64,000 nucleotides of DNA from Felis catus (Eukaryota): contig NC_058368.1 in NCBI RefSeq assembly GCF_018350175.1, positions 37,512,001-37,576,000 of the forward strand, in the 5' to 3' direction. Shown piece after piece: positions 25,727 to 39,253 of the stretch (positions are counted from its first letter, which is position 1; every line of letters starts with the position of its first letter). Both the position numbers and the translations under genes were made by a program. Under the pieces are notes generated by a model. That model ran no database searches. It had not been told where the DNA came from and saw only the letters and a program-made list of their open reading frames with translations.

Positions 25727-27170
25727 GATTTTATTGATTTTTTTTAAAAGACCCTGCTCCTGGTTTCACTGATGTGTTCTATTGGTTGGTTGTTTGTTTT
25801 AGTTTCTATTTCATTTCTTTCTGATGTATTCTTTATCATTCCCTTCCTTCTGCTGGTTTTAGGTTTTGTTTGCTGTTCTTTTTTCTAGATGATTTAGGTG
25901 TAAGGTTAGGTTATTGGAGATTTTTCCAGATTCTTGAGGTAGGTTTGTATTGCTACTTCCCTTTTAGAACTGCTTTTCTGCATCCCAATGGTTTTGGAAT
26001 GTTGTGTTTTCATTTTCACTCATTTCCATGGACTTTTTAATTTATTCTTTTATTTCCTGGTTGATCCATTCATTGTTTAGTAGCATGTTATTTAACCTCC
26101 ATGTATTTATGGTCTTTACAGATTTTTTCTTTTGCTTTGTTTTTTTGTGCTTGACTTTTAGTTTCATAGCATTGTGGTCAGAAAAGATGCGTGGTATGAA
26201 TTTCATCTTGATTTTGTTGAGGCTTATTTTGTGGGCTAGTATGTGATCTCTTCTGGAGAATATTCCATGTGCACTTAAAACGAATGTATATTTTTCTCTT
26301 TTACAATTAAATGTTCTGTATATGTCTATTAAATCCATCTGTTCCAGTGTGTCATTAAAAACCTTTGTTTCTTTGTTCATTTTCTCTTTAGATGATCTTA
26401 AGTCGGGTTTTAAAGTCCCCTACTATTATTGTATTAGCAATTAGCTCCTTCCTGTTTTTTATTAACTCTTTTATGTATTTGGGTGCTTTATGTTGGGTGC
26501 ATAAATACTTACGATTGTCATATATTCTTATTGCATTTCCCCCTTTATTATTATGTAACGTCCTTCTTTGGACATTTGTTTCTTCTTGTTTTCAAGTCTA
26601 TTTTGTCCAATATAAGTATTGCTAATTTGGTTTTCTTTTGACATCTATTTGCATGATAAATGTTTTTATAACCCCTCACTTTCAGGCTGCGGGTATCTTT
26701 AGGTCTAAAATGGGTATTTTGTAGGAAACATAAATGATTATTCTTTTTGCTATCCATTCTAACATCCTATGTCTTTTTATTGGAGTGTTTTGTCCATTTA
26801 CATTCAAAGTAACTATTGATAGAAATGTATTTAGTGCCATTTTGTTACTTGTCTTGTTTCTGGATCTTTTCTTGTCTTTTATGGTTTGCTGATTTTATCT
26901 AGTGATATATTTGGGATCTCTTTCTCTTTATTCTTTACACTTTATTTGTGGCTTTTGATATAAACCAAACATTAGGTTTGTGTCTAACTTCTTCTGCATA
27001 TAGCAGTTTATATTAAGTTCATGGTTGTTTACATTTAAATTCATTCCTTACTCCTCTCCTGTCCACATTTTAGGTATATGTTGTCAAAACTGCATCCTTT
27101 TATTTTGTGAATTCTTTGACTGATTTTTTAAAAGAAATATTAATTTTTACTGCTTTTGTGTTTCCTACTT

Positions 27171-28090
27171 TCATACTTTCACGTTTGGTTCTTCCTTTCC
27201 ACTCACAGTCTCTTTTAATATTTCTTGCTTGTCTGGTTGAGTGGTTATGAACTTCTTTAGTTGTGATTTCACTGGGAAACTCTTTGTCTCTCCCTCTATT
27301 TTGAATGATAACCTTGCTGGATAGAGTATTCTGGGCTGCAAATTTTTCTTATTCAGCACTTTGTATAGGTCATGGCATTCCTTTCTGGCTTGGAAAATTT
27401 CTGCTGAAAAATCCGCTGGTAGCAGGGTTTTCCCTTATATGTTATTGACTTATTTTGTCATGAGGCCTTACATTTTTTTTTATCACTGTATTTTGCCAGT
27501 TTAATTACAACTTGGTTGGATCTGCTTTTATTGATTTCTTGGGTGTTCTCTGTGCCTTGTAAATCTGCATATATGTTTCCTTACCCAGATTAGGAAAGTT
27601 TTCACCTATTATTTCCACAAATAAATTTCCTGGCCCTTTTTCTCTTCTGCTTTTTCTGGGACTCCTGTAATACAGATATTATTACGTTTGATGGAGTCAC
27701 TGAATTCCCTAAATCTATTCTCATTTTGCATAGTTCTTTTCTCTCTTTTGTTCTGCTTGATTACTTTCCATCACTGTGTCTTCTAGGTCATTAATTCCTT
27801 CCTCTGTTTCTTCCAGCCTGCTGTTCATTCCATTAAGACTGTTTCTCACTTCATTTATTGAGCCCTTTTCTCTGCTGTGTTATTTCTTATCTTTGTGTTA
27901 AAGGTTTCACTCATGTCTTCCACCATTTTCTTAAGTTCAGTGAGTATCCTCATGATTATTTGCTTTAAATTCTCCATCAGATATGTTAATTATATCTATT
28001 CACTTAGATCTCTGGCCATGGCCTTGTCCTATTCTTTCATTTGGGATAAATTTGCCTTCTCATTTTATCTAAGTCTCCATGCCTGATTTT
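27171..28090 (-). pseudogene. L1 ORF1 (RNA-binding protein), decayed
   Basis: ORF 27171-27359 KNLQPRILYPARLSFKIEGETKSF...LKKFITTQP is the ORF1 C-terminal domain. Confidence 0.85.
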
Positions 28091-29438
28091 CTGTGTTAGG
28101 AAAGTTAGTTTTGTTTCCTGTTCTTGAGGGTAATGGTCTTATGAAGAAGTGATCCTATAATGACCTGTTGTGTAGTGTCCTCTGTTCTTTGTGACCTAGG
28201 GCCAAGAGTTTCTTCAATGTGTTTTGTGTGTGCTCTGCTGTTTTCTCTTGGTTGCTTTATTTTTAGACCAGTCATCTTCATAGGCTATTGTGGCCAGTGT
28301 TTAGTCCCTGGCTTGAATGTGGTGCTTTTTAACTAGGAGTGCTTTGGTCTGCTTGCTACATGAGACCTATCACCACTGCTGTTGGAACTAAGACTCTGAA
28401 AAACCCAGGATTAGGGAGACATGTTGAGAGCAGAAGTTTGGGCTGGTCTTCTGTGGGAGGTCACCTGCAGTTCTAGGAAGGAATCAAGCAAGACTTGGAA
28501 GGCCAGTTCCACTGGAGCATGGGAGAGGGGACAGGGCTTGGTGTAAGTGAGGTAGCCAGTATGGTGCCCTGCTGGTTCCTGAAGATGGCCCTGTGCTCAT
28601 TCTGATGGGTGGGAGTGGTAAATGACACTTGCCATTTCCTTTGTTCTCAGAGTTGTCTCTCTCTGAACCCTGCCTCTCTGTGTTGTGCTCCAAAATGAGA
28701 AAATAACCTCCCCACTGTGTGCCCCAGGTGCTCTTCAGATTGCTAATTCCATGCTCTGTGACTGCAGGTTGTTTGCATGCCTTCTCTCCAAATTCAGAGC
28801 AATGCCCTCCAGGCTGTATCCCAGTCAAGCCTGTTGAACTGTAAAACTTCAGACTTTAAGCACTGTTGATTGCCAGAAGTCCCAAAATTCAGCTCTTCTC
28901 ACTTTCCAAGCCAGTTGTTGTGGGGATTCACTTTCCCTATGTACTCCCCCCTTGTTAGTCTCTACCCTGCTCAGTGACTGCAGTCACACCACAGTGGCCA
29001 TGATTCTATTCTCTTCCAGACTGTGTCTCCATACTTTCTACATTTCTCGATGTGGCCTTTTCTCTACATTTAGTTGTGGAGTTTGTTCTGCCAGTTCCAG
29101 GTCAATTTCTGGAGTACTTAGAATGATTTGATAGTTATCTGGTTATATATATGAGACAAGGTAAGCCTAGGATCCTCCTCTCCCTCTGCCATCTTCTATT
29201 GAAAGAACTACATGCACTCTTAATGGTAGAAGAATACACAGAATAGGATGATATAACATTTGTAAATATATGTGCACATAATTGTGGAGTTCCAAAATCC
29301 TTGAAGTAGACCTTACAGAATAGAAAGGAGAAATAGAAAATTCAATAATGATAAACGAAAATTTTGGTAATTTTCTTTAGTAATTGAAAGCACAAGGAGG
29401 TAAAATTTCTCTAAGAATATAGAAAATAGGGAAGCATT

Positions 29439-29651
29439 GGGGTACCTGGGTGACTCAGGCAGTTAACTGTCTGACTCTTGGTTTTGGCTTAGGTCATGAT
29501 CTCACAGTTTCATGGGTTCAAGCCATGCTTCAGGCTCTGTGCTGGCAGCATGGAGCCAGCTTGGGATTCTCTCTCTTTCCCTCTCTCTCTGCCCTTCCTC
29601 TACTCATACTGTCTCTGTCTCTCAAAATAAATAAACTTTAAAAAAAGAAAA
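29439..29651 (+). mobile_element. Can-SINE
   Basis: ggggtacctgggtgactcag head; aaaataaataaac tail. Confidence 0.94.
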
Positions 29652-31260
29652 AGAAAATAAGGCAACAGTGTCAACAAACCTGACCTAATTAGCATCTACA
29701 GAATACTCTATCCAACATCTCTAAGATATGTATTTGTTCATGTGTACAGAGTCTATCAATTAGTATATACCACTGGATGAATCATAAAATAAGTTCCCTT
29801 AAATTTAAAGGATTGGAATTATTTGATCTCTTACCACAGTTGATTCATATTGTAAATTGGTAACAGAAAGAAATTCAGCCAACTCACAGATATGTAGAAA
29901 TTAACACATTTCTAAGTAAATCATAAGTCAAGGGGAAAGCATCATAGTAGCAAATAGAAAATACCTCAAATTAACTAACATTGGACTACATACAAAAAAA
30001 TCTCTGGGATGCTGCTAAAGCAGTGCTTAGAGGGAAATTTACATTTAATGTTTGTATTATGAAAGAACAGTGATTTAATGTCAGTGCTCTAGATTTTGCC
30101 ATGAGAAGCTAGAAAAAATGAGAATATTAAACCCTAATGTAGCAGACAGAAGGAAAAAAAATGAAAAAGATCAGAGCAGAAAATGATAAAATAGAAAAAG
30201 ATAAAGCAATATATAAAAGCGACAAAAAATCATGAACCAAAGGATAAAACTTTGGGTAAATGATTAATTTTTTAAAATGCCAATTCTGAAATAAAAGCCA
30301 GGACCTCAGTGCATAACTTACAGACATTAAGATGATAATAAATAAGTATGATAAACAGCTATATGCTAATAAACATGCCAATTTAGATGAAATGAACACA
30401 TTCTATGAAAACCAACTGCTTTAAGACAATGAGAAAATATAAATAATCCTATATCAATGAAATAAATTTAAATGAGTTTAATTGTTAAATTAAACTCATC
30501 CCACAAAGTAAAATTTAGTTCTAATTGCTCACTGGTGATTTTTTAAAAAAAATCTTTAAGAAGTTTTATCAATATCCCTTAATTTTTATCAATCTCCCTT
30601 AATTTAATTTTTTGAAAAGGAATACTTTTCAACTTATTTTAATGGGAAAGCATTACCCTGATGTGAGAGCCAAAGACATCACATAAAAAGGAAATTTGAG
30701 TCCAATATCCCTTGTGAAGACCGATATAGGCATCTTAACAAAATGTTAAATTGAATACATTCGTGTATATATGAGGACAATACTTGACCAATGGCATAAA
30801 GGAATATTTTTTTGGCAAAGGAAGTGTTTTAACATCTAGTTTTGGTATTGTTCGATTACTGTATAAATTTGTCAAATCCATCAAACTATTCCCTGAGAAT
30901 ATGTGACTTTTGTTTTATATATAATTAAACCAAGTTGCAATAAAATTCTGTATTCACTACACACAGTAACTTAACCACCCAAAATTTAAAGAACTTATAA
31001 TTTTATTAACAATTCTTATAAATACCTAAGACTTTTAAGATAAAGTGACAGTTCTTCCCAGTCTCATGTGTGGTATAGCTTATGTAACATAATAATAGAT
31101 AAGCCCTTGTCATTTAACGAAATAAGTGCTTTAATTAAAAGACACAATTTTAGGCTAGAGGAAAAAAGGTAAGATGTGCTGCTCATAAGAGACAAACTTA
31201 AAGTATAAAGAAATTATTAAAAGTATTAAGTATTCAATAGCAATATTGAAAGTAAAAGAA

Positions 31261-31683
31261 TGGTGGATAGATTATAATATTTTTCAGCAAGTATTTATTC
31301 TCCTTCTCCCTAACTTTAGGAGAATGTTATACTTCTTACTTCATTGATGTTGAGCTTGTGATATTCCTTGCAATGACCAATATGAGGTGCATAGATACGA
31401 CTTTTGGTGCATTCAGGCAGAGGCTTTTAATATGTTTTTAGGGCTTCTCTTGATATTTTACATTCCTTCTCATCACCATAAAAAGTACACATACCACACA
31501 GGAGCTCCTCTTTTAGCAAGATTGCTGGCATGAAAAGACTTGTGAAAGACCTACCCCTAGCCTGGATGGAGCCTGGAGCAATGGCATCACACCTGACTCA
31601 CAGAATTTATGAAACATATTTGTATAATAAGTCATTGAAACCTCAGGCATTGCATTTTATTCATGTAAAAACCAACCAAAGCA
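31261..31683 (+). mobile_element. Old MLT1 (H/I/J-like) LTR
   Basis: 'ttatacttcttacttcattgatgttgagcttg...tgaccaatatgagg' and a 3' end like 'tgtataataagtcattgaaa'. Confidence 0.6.
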
Positions 31684-31690
31684 AATCTTA

Positions 31691-32141
31691 TGCTGTGGGT
31701 TGAATTGTGTCCTCCCCAAATTCATGTTGAAGTCCTAACAGTCCATAACCTCATAAACTGGTCTTATTTGAAGATAGCTTATTGCAGATGTTATTAATCA
31801 ACATGAGGTTATACTGGAATAGAGTGGGCTCCTAATACAGTGTGACTGATGTCTTTATAAAAGGGGAAATTGAACACAGACATGGCCTGGGGGAGCATGT
31901 CATATGAAGAGGAAGGTAGAGATTGGGGTTATGCTTCTACAAGCTAACAAACACAAGACTAGCAGCAAACCACCAGATGCTAAGCAAGAGGCATGGAACG
32001 GATTCTTTCTCCCAGCCCTCAGAAGAAACCACCCTGCCAACACCTAGATCTTAGACTCCTAATCTCTGGGACTATGAAACAATTTCTGTTGTTTATGCCA
32101 ACCAGTTTGTAGTTCTTTGTTACAGAAGGCCCAGCTAATAT
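31691..32141 (+). mobile_element. MLT1B/C LTR
   Basis: 'tgctgtgggttgaattgtgtcctccccaaattcatgttgaagtcctaac...gaggcatggaacggattct...cagccctcagaagaaacc'. Confidence 0.9.
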
Positions 32142-33598
32142 TAGTCAAAGTAGACTTTAAGCAAAAACTATTCGAGATGAAGAGAGAATAACTCACAATT
32201 ATTAAAAGTTCTTATACAACTAAATATAAAATTGTATATTTGTATCACCTAATTCCATAGCTTCAATATATATGAAGCAAATTAAGAAATTAAGAATTAA
32301 TAAGCAGACTCTATATTCATAGTAGATGGAATCAGCACAAACCTTTCAGTTAATGATAGAAGAAAGCAGAACAAAATTAAATAAGGATAGGAAAGGTTTC
32401 ACATGCATTATTAAGAATATTGATCTTTTGATATAGATTAAGAAAACAGAGCATTCAGCAAAAACCAAATACTTGTTTCTTTCAACTTGATATGGATTAT
32501 TTACCAAAACTGATTGTTAGTGATATTTTCTGGATCACAAAGCAAGACTTGGCATATCTCAAAGGATGTACACAGTTTATGGTATATTTTCTGATTATAG
32601 TTGAAATTAACAGTAGAGTAGAAATAAAGAAATAACAGGAAAACAATACACTCTTAAATGGCCTATTGGTCAAAGTAGAAATCTAATGGGAATTAGAATA
32701 TTTTTTAAGTCAGTAAAATAAAAATATAAGATTCACAAACTTTTGAAATATCATTAAAAGCTGTTTTTAGAGTGACTAGAGAGAAAAATATAGTGATAAA
32801 TGCATATGTTAAAAGTGAGAATACATGAAAATCCATCTTGAGAAGACAGAATGTGACTAGAATATTAAACCAAAGAAATATGAGTAAAGGACATGTTTTA
32901 GATAAAAGAATAAATGAATGAAAAAGAAACAAAATGAGCTGTAATGAAAAAAATCACCAAATCTTGAAGTAAGCTTTTTGAGCAATTAATACAGTTTTCA
33001 GACATTTAACAAGATGAAAAGAAACATAGACAAAGGCAAACTAGCAATATTACGAATGAAAGAGGAGTCATCATTACAAATCATACAGATATTAAAATAT
33101 GTTGAAATATACCATTAACTTTTCTGCCAATATATTTGACAATGTTTTAAATGGAAAACTTCATAGAAAAAAACACAAATTTTAAGTGACACAAGATGAA
33201 ATTGAAAATAAAGCTAGTTCTAAATGTATTAAATATATAATGAATATCTTCACGCAGATAACTTTCCAGGATTAAATAGATTTACCAAATGTTCCCAAAT
33301 GTCCAAGGAAAAAGTAACACAAAACTTTAAGAACACTGCAAGCTCACTTATGATGCCAGTATAAATTTTATACCAAAACTTGACAAGGAAACATTCTAAG
33401 AACAAGATTATGGCATAATATCTTTCATGAATATAGGTGCAAAACAAACTAAACAAAATATTATTAATCAAATCCAACAACACATAAAAGTATAATGTAT
33501 CATGATCAAGTTGGATTCATCTTTCAAGTGTGAGGTTAGTTTAATATTAAAGATATATATATGTCACCATATTAAAAAAGAGACAAATCATATGAATT

Positions 33599-34268
33599 TG
33601 TGGTAGCCAAAAAACTCAACCAAAAGTTATTCATGTAAAGTCAGTGGAATCTGTGAATATTAGCTGATATGGCTAAATCTAAGATTAAGTTTAGGATCTT
33701 GAGAGAAGGAGCTTATCCTGGATTATCTAGGTAAGCTCTGAATCCAATCACATGCATTCTTTCTTTTTGTTGTTGTTAATTTTGAGAAGACAGCAGACAA
33801 CATGGGTATGCGAGAGGCAGAGAGGGGGAGGCAGAGAGTCCCAAACAGGCTCCACGCTGCCAGCTCAGAGCCCAATATGGGGCTTGAACTCTTGAAACCA
33901 CAGGATAATGACCTGAGCTGAAACCAAGAGTTGGATGCTTAACCAGCTGAGCCACTCAGGCTCCCCCAATCACATGCATTCTTATAAAACACAGGGAGGG
34001 GGAGATTTATGAAAGACACCCAGAGGAGAAGATCATGTGAAGAAGGAGGCGGGGACTGGAGTAATAAAGCCACAAGTCACAGAATGCCTGGAGCCCCAGG
34101 ACCTGGAATTGGCAAGGAGAGATTCTCCTTCAGAGCTTTTGTATAACTCTGATGACAGCTTGGTTTTTTAGGACTTCCAGTCTCCAGAACTGTGAGACAG
34201 TAAACTTCTATTGTTTTAAGCTGCAGAGTTTGTGGAAATTTAGTATGACAGCCCTGGGAAAATAATAG
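33599..34268 (+). mobile_element. MLT1C/D LTR interrupted by a SINE
   Basis: 'ttatcctggattatctagg...ggacttccagtctccagaactgtgagacagtaaacttctattgttttaagc'. Confidence 0.87.
33762..33967 (-). mobile_element. Can-SINE
   Basis: Perfect TSD aatcacatgcattctt at 33746-33761 and 33968-33983. Confidence 0.96.
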
Positions 34269-35829
34269 TCTTTGCAGAGACAAAAACAACATCTGATAAA
34301 ATTTAACACCAATTTATGACCCAAATAAGTGCGCAGAGCACTAGGAAAACAGTCAATCTCTTTTTGATGAGTATCTACAAGAATCCTTCAGCAAGCAATA
34401 TATTTAGTAATAAAATATTGAATGCTTTATTCCAAAGTCAGTATTGATTCAAATTGCTTGTTAAAACAATTTTTAGTCAACATTTTTATCCAACATTAAA
34501 TTGGTTGTCCTAGCAAGTGAAATAATAATTTTAAAAATGAGAATTAGAATAGAAGAAATAAATTATAAGCATTTGCTCTTAAAATGATTGTGTACATAGA
34601 AAGTCCAAAATATTTGACTGGCATTCTATTAAAATAGATACGTGTATCCAGCAATGTCACTATAAAGCAATCAGACATAATTGTATCTAGCAGCAAATAA
34701 GTATGAGAACAAACAATTGAAAAATAAAACTGATAAAATTACTTTGGAAAAATCTTAACAGTATCCAATAAAGCTGAACAAATACATACAACCTTGGGTT
34801 CAGCATTCCACTTTTATGCATGCATACAACAGAAATGTATACATACATTTACCAAATACGTAATAATTTTCATAGGAGCACTATTTGCAGTAGCTAATAA
34901 TTAGTAATAAACCAAATATCCACACACTGTAGAAGAAATATATTGTGATGCATGTATAAAATAGACTACCTGAAAGTTATAAAGAATTATCTCTTGCTAC
35001 CTACAATAATGTGTATTTTATTGAAGAAGAGAGGCCCCTACATAGAATAGTACATACTATTTGATTCTATTTATATTATGTTCAAAAGCAGACAAAATTA
35101 ATTTATGGTGACAAATATCAGGAATGTGGCTACTTATGAGCTTAGTAGGTACTAGAAGGCATCAGGGAGCTTCTGAGTTCCTAAAAATACTCTTTTGATG
35201 CGTGTGTATTTAAATGGACTTTCACTTTATGAAAATCCTGTGTCTTTAACAAATCAGAGCATAAGAGATGATGTGACCAAAAAGGACCTACATTAACTCC
35301 CCAACAACTAGAAAATGTATAACAAAAAATTAGGCAGTGAAATAAACTAAGAGGGAAGTTTTGTGTTTGTTCATTGCTGTTCTACCTTGGGCTGAGGACT
35401 GTGAAATTGAGGGTAATGAACAATTCTATAACATAAAGCACAGGGAGAATCTCTCTTCCCAGATAGAGTTCAAGTGGTTTGTAGAATCATGAAGCATAAA
35501 TGGCTATGTAGGTTGTGGAGTCACAGTATGGAGTTTCCTACATAGTTTGGTGGAGAAGAGAAGCCAGAGCAGCATGATTCCCCTAAGCTGAAAAATTACA
35601 GGGATAAGACAAATGTCAGGTGTTGCATAAATGTACCAAATGTAATCAAATTGTTGATGTTCGGAATTGTTTAGACTTGTCTGCTATTATAAATTCCATA
35701 CACTTCATGAGGAATCAATGTTTGTCTTATGAACTATTTTCATTCCAGAATCTGGCTTGCAGCTTTGCATCAAGTAAAAGAACTGACCCTTCTGATGTCT
35801 GCTCTATATCTCATTAGTTCACTTAAGTT

Positions 35830-36262
35830 TATCTGAAGTTACTGACAGTTCACAGCCATCTGATGGCTGCCGATAACGAGGGCTTATGTATGTCTTTCTT
35901 CTCTGCCAAGAGGTTTTCTCTAGCAGAGAGTGGGCTTGCTGGGCTAGGTACAGGCACAACCAAAGGACAGAAAAGAAGATATGTGGTTGAGGCAGTCTTC
36001 AACCAGTGGATGATGGAATCATAACATAAATGATTTAGCCTTCTGTCCCTGATTAGGCTGATTCTGAGGCATGTTCACACATTATCTTAGAGAGTTCATG
36101 ATGAAATTGAGTCCCAATTGCCCATATTGGAAATGAACTTTGGCATACACTTTATGGTTTATTTCACTTTCCCTAATTCTTCACTTATATTTCTCAGTTA
36201 AAATACCTGGACTTACATCCTTGCCTTAGGATCTATGCTAAGGAGGCATCGAACCAAGGCGG
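35830..36262 (+). mobile_element. LTR16-like ERVL LTR
   Basis: 'attctgaggcatgttcacac...gagtcccaattgccca...atccttgccttaggatct' follows the LTR16 layout. Confidence 0.6.
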
Positions 36263-36599
36263 TAGATATAATGGTACTTAAACAAGGAAACTGTTGTTAT
36301 TACTGTCGCTAGTACTCCTTCAGTACTTCCTATGAGAGAGGCCAGCATTAGAACTTCAGTTATAAATGGGAGAGGGAGAGGCAAGGAATGTATGTAAAAT
36401 AACACAAAGGGGTGCTTAACTAAAGCAGACTTCTGCTCAGGACTAAAGAAGAAATCCACAGTGAATAAAAAGGGAACATAAGGGAAGGAGTGAAAAGAAA
36501 GGTTGCTTTAAAGTTTGTCGTTAACCGATCATAAAAGTGTTTACTAATAGAATGCTTAACAATAATCAATAATTTCCCTTTTTGTCTAAATTATGCTCT

Positions 36600-36900
36600 T
36601 TGTCTCTTCCTGGAGGAATGAGGAGAAAGGAGGGGAAAAATCTGTACATTTTTGCAGTTTTCTGAATCAGTGCATTCTCTTACATTTGCACACTGTTAGT
36701 TAATTGCATATTGAGATTATTAGTTTTCAGTTGGATCATTTTAATTGTAATATTGCCATGGTAACACTGACAAAGGTGAAATATTAATCATCGTGGTTGG
36801 TATCCAAATGTGCATATTTAATCTGGACATAGCTATGATTATGACGACTTCTAATTGCTAATGAAAATTAGTTTGTTTTTTTCCTTAACTCTGTGCAGTC
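36600..36900. promoter_or_regulatory. Candidate enhancer (RFX + POU + SOX/MEIS + TAAT motifs)
   Basis: attgccatggtaac 36752-36765; taattgcat 36701-36709; tgacaaag 36768-36775; many TAAT/ATTA cores; no repeat recognised. Confidence 0.5.
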
Positions 36901-39253
36901 TGAAAGTTATTTACTTGGGCTCCTTGAAAAAGTGATAAATAGTGAGGGGGTTCATTTTACTACATCAGAAATTATGTTCCCTAAGAAGGCAGAAAATATT
37001 AATGACCATGTAAAGTTGCTTTATCCTGTTTTGACCAAGAGACTAGTTTTTAATAAATATTTTTTTCTTACCATTTAACTGGAGGACTGAAGGAAGCCAA
37101 GTGCTCAAGATATTTCTTCTGAAATCATCAAAATATTTTACTGAAATCTGACATTTTTTCTGCTGGTTTCAAGATGTGCTGAACTTGCAAACTGTTGTTT
37201 GTCCTTCACAGAAGAACAACAGAATCTTCAGAATATTTTAATTATTTTTTCCTACATTTCAAGAAAATTAATTTAATGCTTGAAATAATTGATCCAGTGA
37301 TTTAAAATTTGAAAATAAAATCTATCAAATTCATGCTGATATTTGTTTTCATTCATTGCTTGATTACCGTCTCTTTCTTCTCTTTAGATGTAGGGGTGAA
37401 AAGTCATATTGGAGGTTTATTTTACTCTTTGACCCTGAGATTGAAACTCAAACATCTCTTCTCCATGCTGCTTAAAGAGTTTCTAGGCCAGGCCTAATCC
37501 TTGCTCCCACAAGCATTTAACGGTTGAGATACAATTGTTTGGACTAGAAAAAAGTGGATTGTAGAACATTTGATTCGTTGGTGCTCAGTTGGTAGAACGG
37601 GAGGGAAGAAGAGGAGAACGTGTCTTCGTGTGTGATTCTGGAACTCTAGCCCAAATGCTTTCCTGGCTATGTTTGTGGTTCCATCTCTACTTTCTTCAAT
37701 AAATCCATCATCATTTTTCACCAAGAGCATTAAATCCTCTTCAAAATTTGGTTCACAGATTCAAATCTTAGAACTTTAATAGTCCATTTTTCAGAATGTT
37801 ATGGGAGTCTTTTTTTTTTTTTTTAATCTGGGTCTTTTTCTTAAATGGGCCCTAGATTTTATTAATTAAATGTCTGCTCTTTATTGCCATTAATGAATTT
37901 TCTATTGTTTTTTTTTCCATTTCCTGAGGTATTTTCCTATTTCATGTTCTTCTTTCCTTATTATAGCATCTCTTACGTATGTTTTTTTACAGGGAATGTA
38001 GGTGAGGCATTTTCCCCTTTCCTTTTTGTTACAGAAAAATTCATATTATACTAATTAACAAATATAAAACATAAAAATATGGCAACTGAAAACATGTTTA
38101 AAGATATTTATTTCTGATCAGAACATTCTATGTGTACCCATAGTTGGAGGATGGTTGCGTACATATGTAATACAGGATTTACCTGGCCAATGATTATTCT
38201 CTGAGTATCATTTTTATCAGGTTTATAAATACATTAAAACATATATAAATTGTATCTTCCAGAATAGAGGAACATTTTTTCTCAGCTTCCTAAGGATCTG
38301 TTGAAAATTTTGAACTTGAAGTAGCTAACAACTCCTTCCCATATCGCAACTGCCAAATATCTTCCAGTTACTTTGACAGTATTTTCAGATCCTGAAGAAC
38401 ACAGGAGTCTATTTGATTTTTCATTATTTTATAATTCAGTTTTACCAGGTGTTGGTATATGCATGCATACTCAGCATTCACTCATGTGTTTTGTGGTATG
38501 AAAGTAAAGAAACGTAACTATGTTTTTAGGCTGCATGATAGCTGGAATTCTGGATGCCAGTTAGATTTTATAATATGGATTCCTTCATATGACATTTGGG
38601 TAATGCACCTGAGTCAGAACCCAATTTTCTGCTGTTCCAGGTGATTTTCTTCTTCTGGCACTGAAAGTTATGATGATGTAGGGTTTTTCTTCAAAAGTGT
38701 TTCAATGTCTAGTCTCCCGTTTTGTGGTGTTTTAGCTTCTGGATCCCTGAATTGCTTATTGTTACTTTGGTGATTATGGGTTTGTAATATTCATCTTTAT
38801 TTATTTTATTCTGAATCCACACAGGAGGCCTTCTGGGTCAGAGACAGATATCTTATTTATCACTTCATGATAAATAAGTGTGTTGGTTCCCTTTTTGCAC
38901 TGGTTCCTATCCCTAGGGTGACGTGATGAGAGCCAGTAGAGATTTTCCTACACAAGGATCCAGACATTCTGTAGGTGAAGGGCAAAGAAACATGACCTCT
39001 TCCAGCTTATGAAAGGAAAGAGGCAGCTGTCCTGCTCTCCTGAAAGGAAATGCAAGAGGGGCCTGAATACCTTAGACAGATAGCACTTCATCCTGGGCCA
39101 TAACCTAGAGACCTAGTCAGAGCTATAACCATTTAGACCTCTCAGAGAACTAAAATATTCAATTACCTGTTTAGATCTAAACCATTTTCCAGAGAAAAGC
39201 TATAAATCTAATTCTTAGGATATACAAAGAATCTCAGGAGGCTAGTTGGAGCT

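Larger units (their letters stand above)
22250..26870 (-). pseudogene. L1 ORF2 (endonuclease/reverse transcriptase), many frameshifts and stops
   Basis: EN 'LQNTHFRPKDTRSLKVRG', 'DLIDIYRTF...SAHGIFSRRDHIL', 'SDHNAMKL'; RT '[18 protein letters not shown]' and SLFTDD (~24086-24104); 'IRYLGIN'. Confidence 0.92.
21469..29208 (-). mobile_element. Full-length, inactive carnivore L1 (5'UTR-ORF1-ORF2-3'UTR-polyA)
   Basis: The 5' end reads 'aagatggcagagggagaggaggatcctaggcttacc' on the minus strand; poly-T at 21469; TSD tac(g/a)tgcactctt at 21456-21468 and 29209-29221. Confidence 0.93.
20520..30830 (+). mobile_element. Old L1M (ORF1 remnant 20520-21468, ORF2 remnant 29222-30830) split by a younger full-length L1
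   Basis: 'gattctatatccagtgaaactatccttcagaaat' (ORF1 ILYP-like) on the left. 'ataacatttgtaaatatatgtgcac' and 'tgggatgctgctaaagcagtgcttagagggaaattta' (ORF2 WDAAKAVLRGKF) on the right. Confidence 0.8.
31080..35230 (+). mobile_element. Old L1M (ORF2 remnants and 3'UTR) interrupted by three MLT1 LTRs
   Basis: A-rich sense L1: 'aaagtagactttaagcaaaaac', 'gccagtataaattttataccaaaacttgacaagga', 'catgatcaagttggattcatc', 'ctatttatattatgttcaaaagcagacaaaatta'. Confidence 0.8.
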
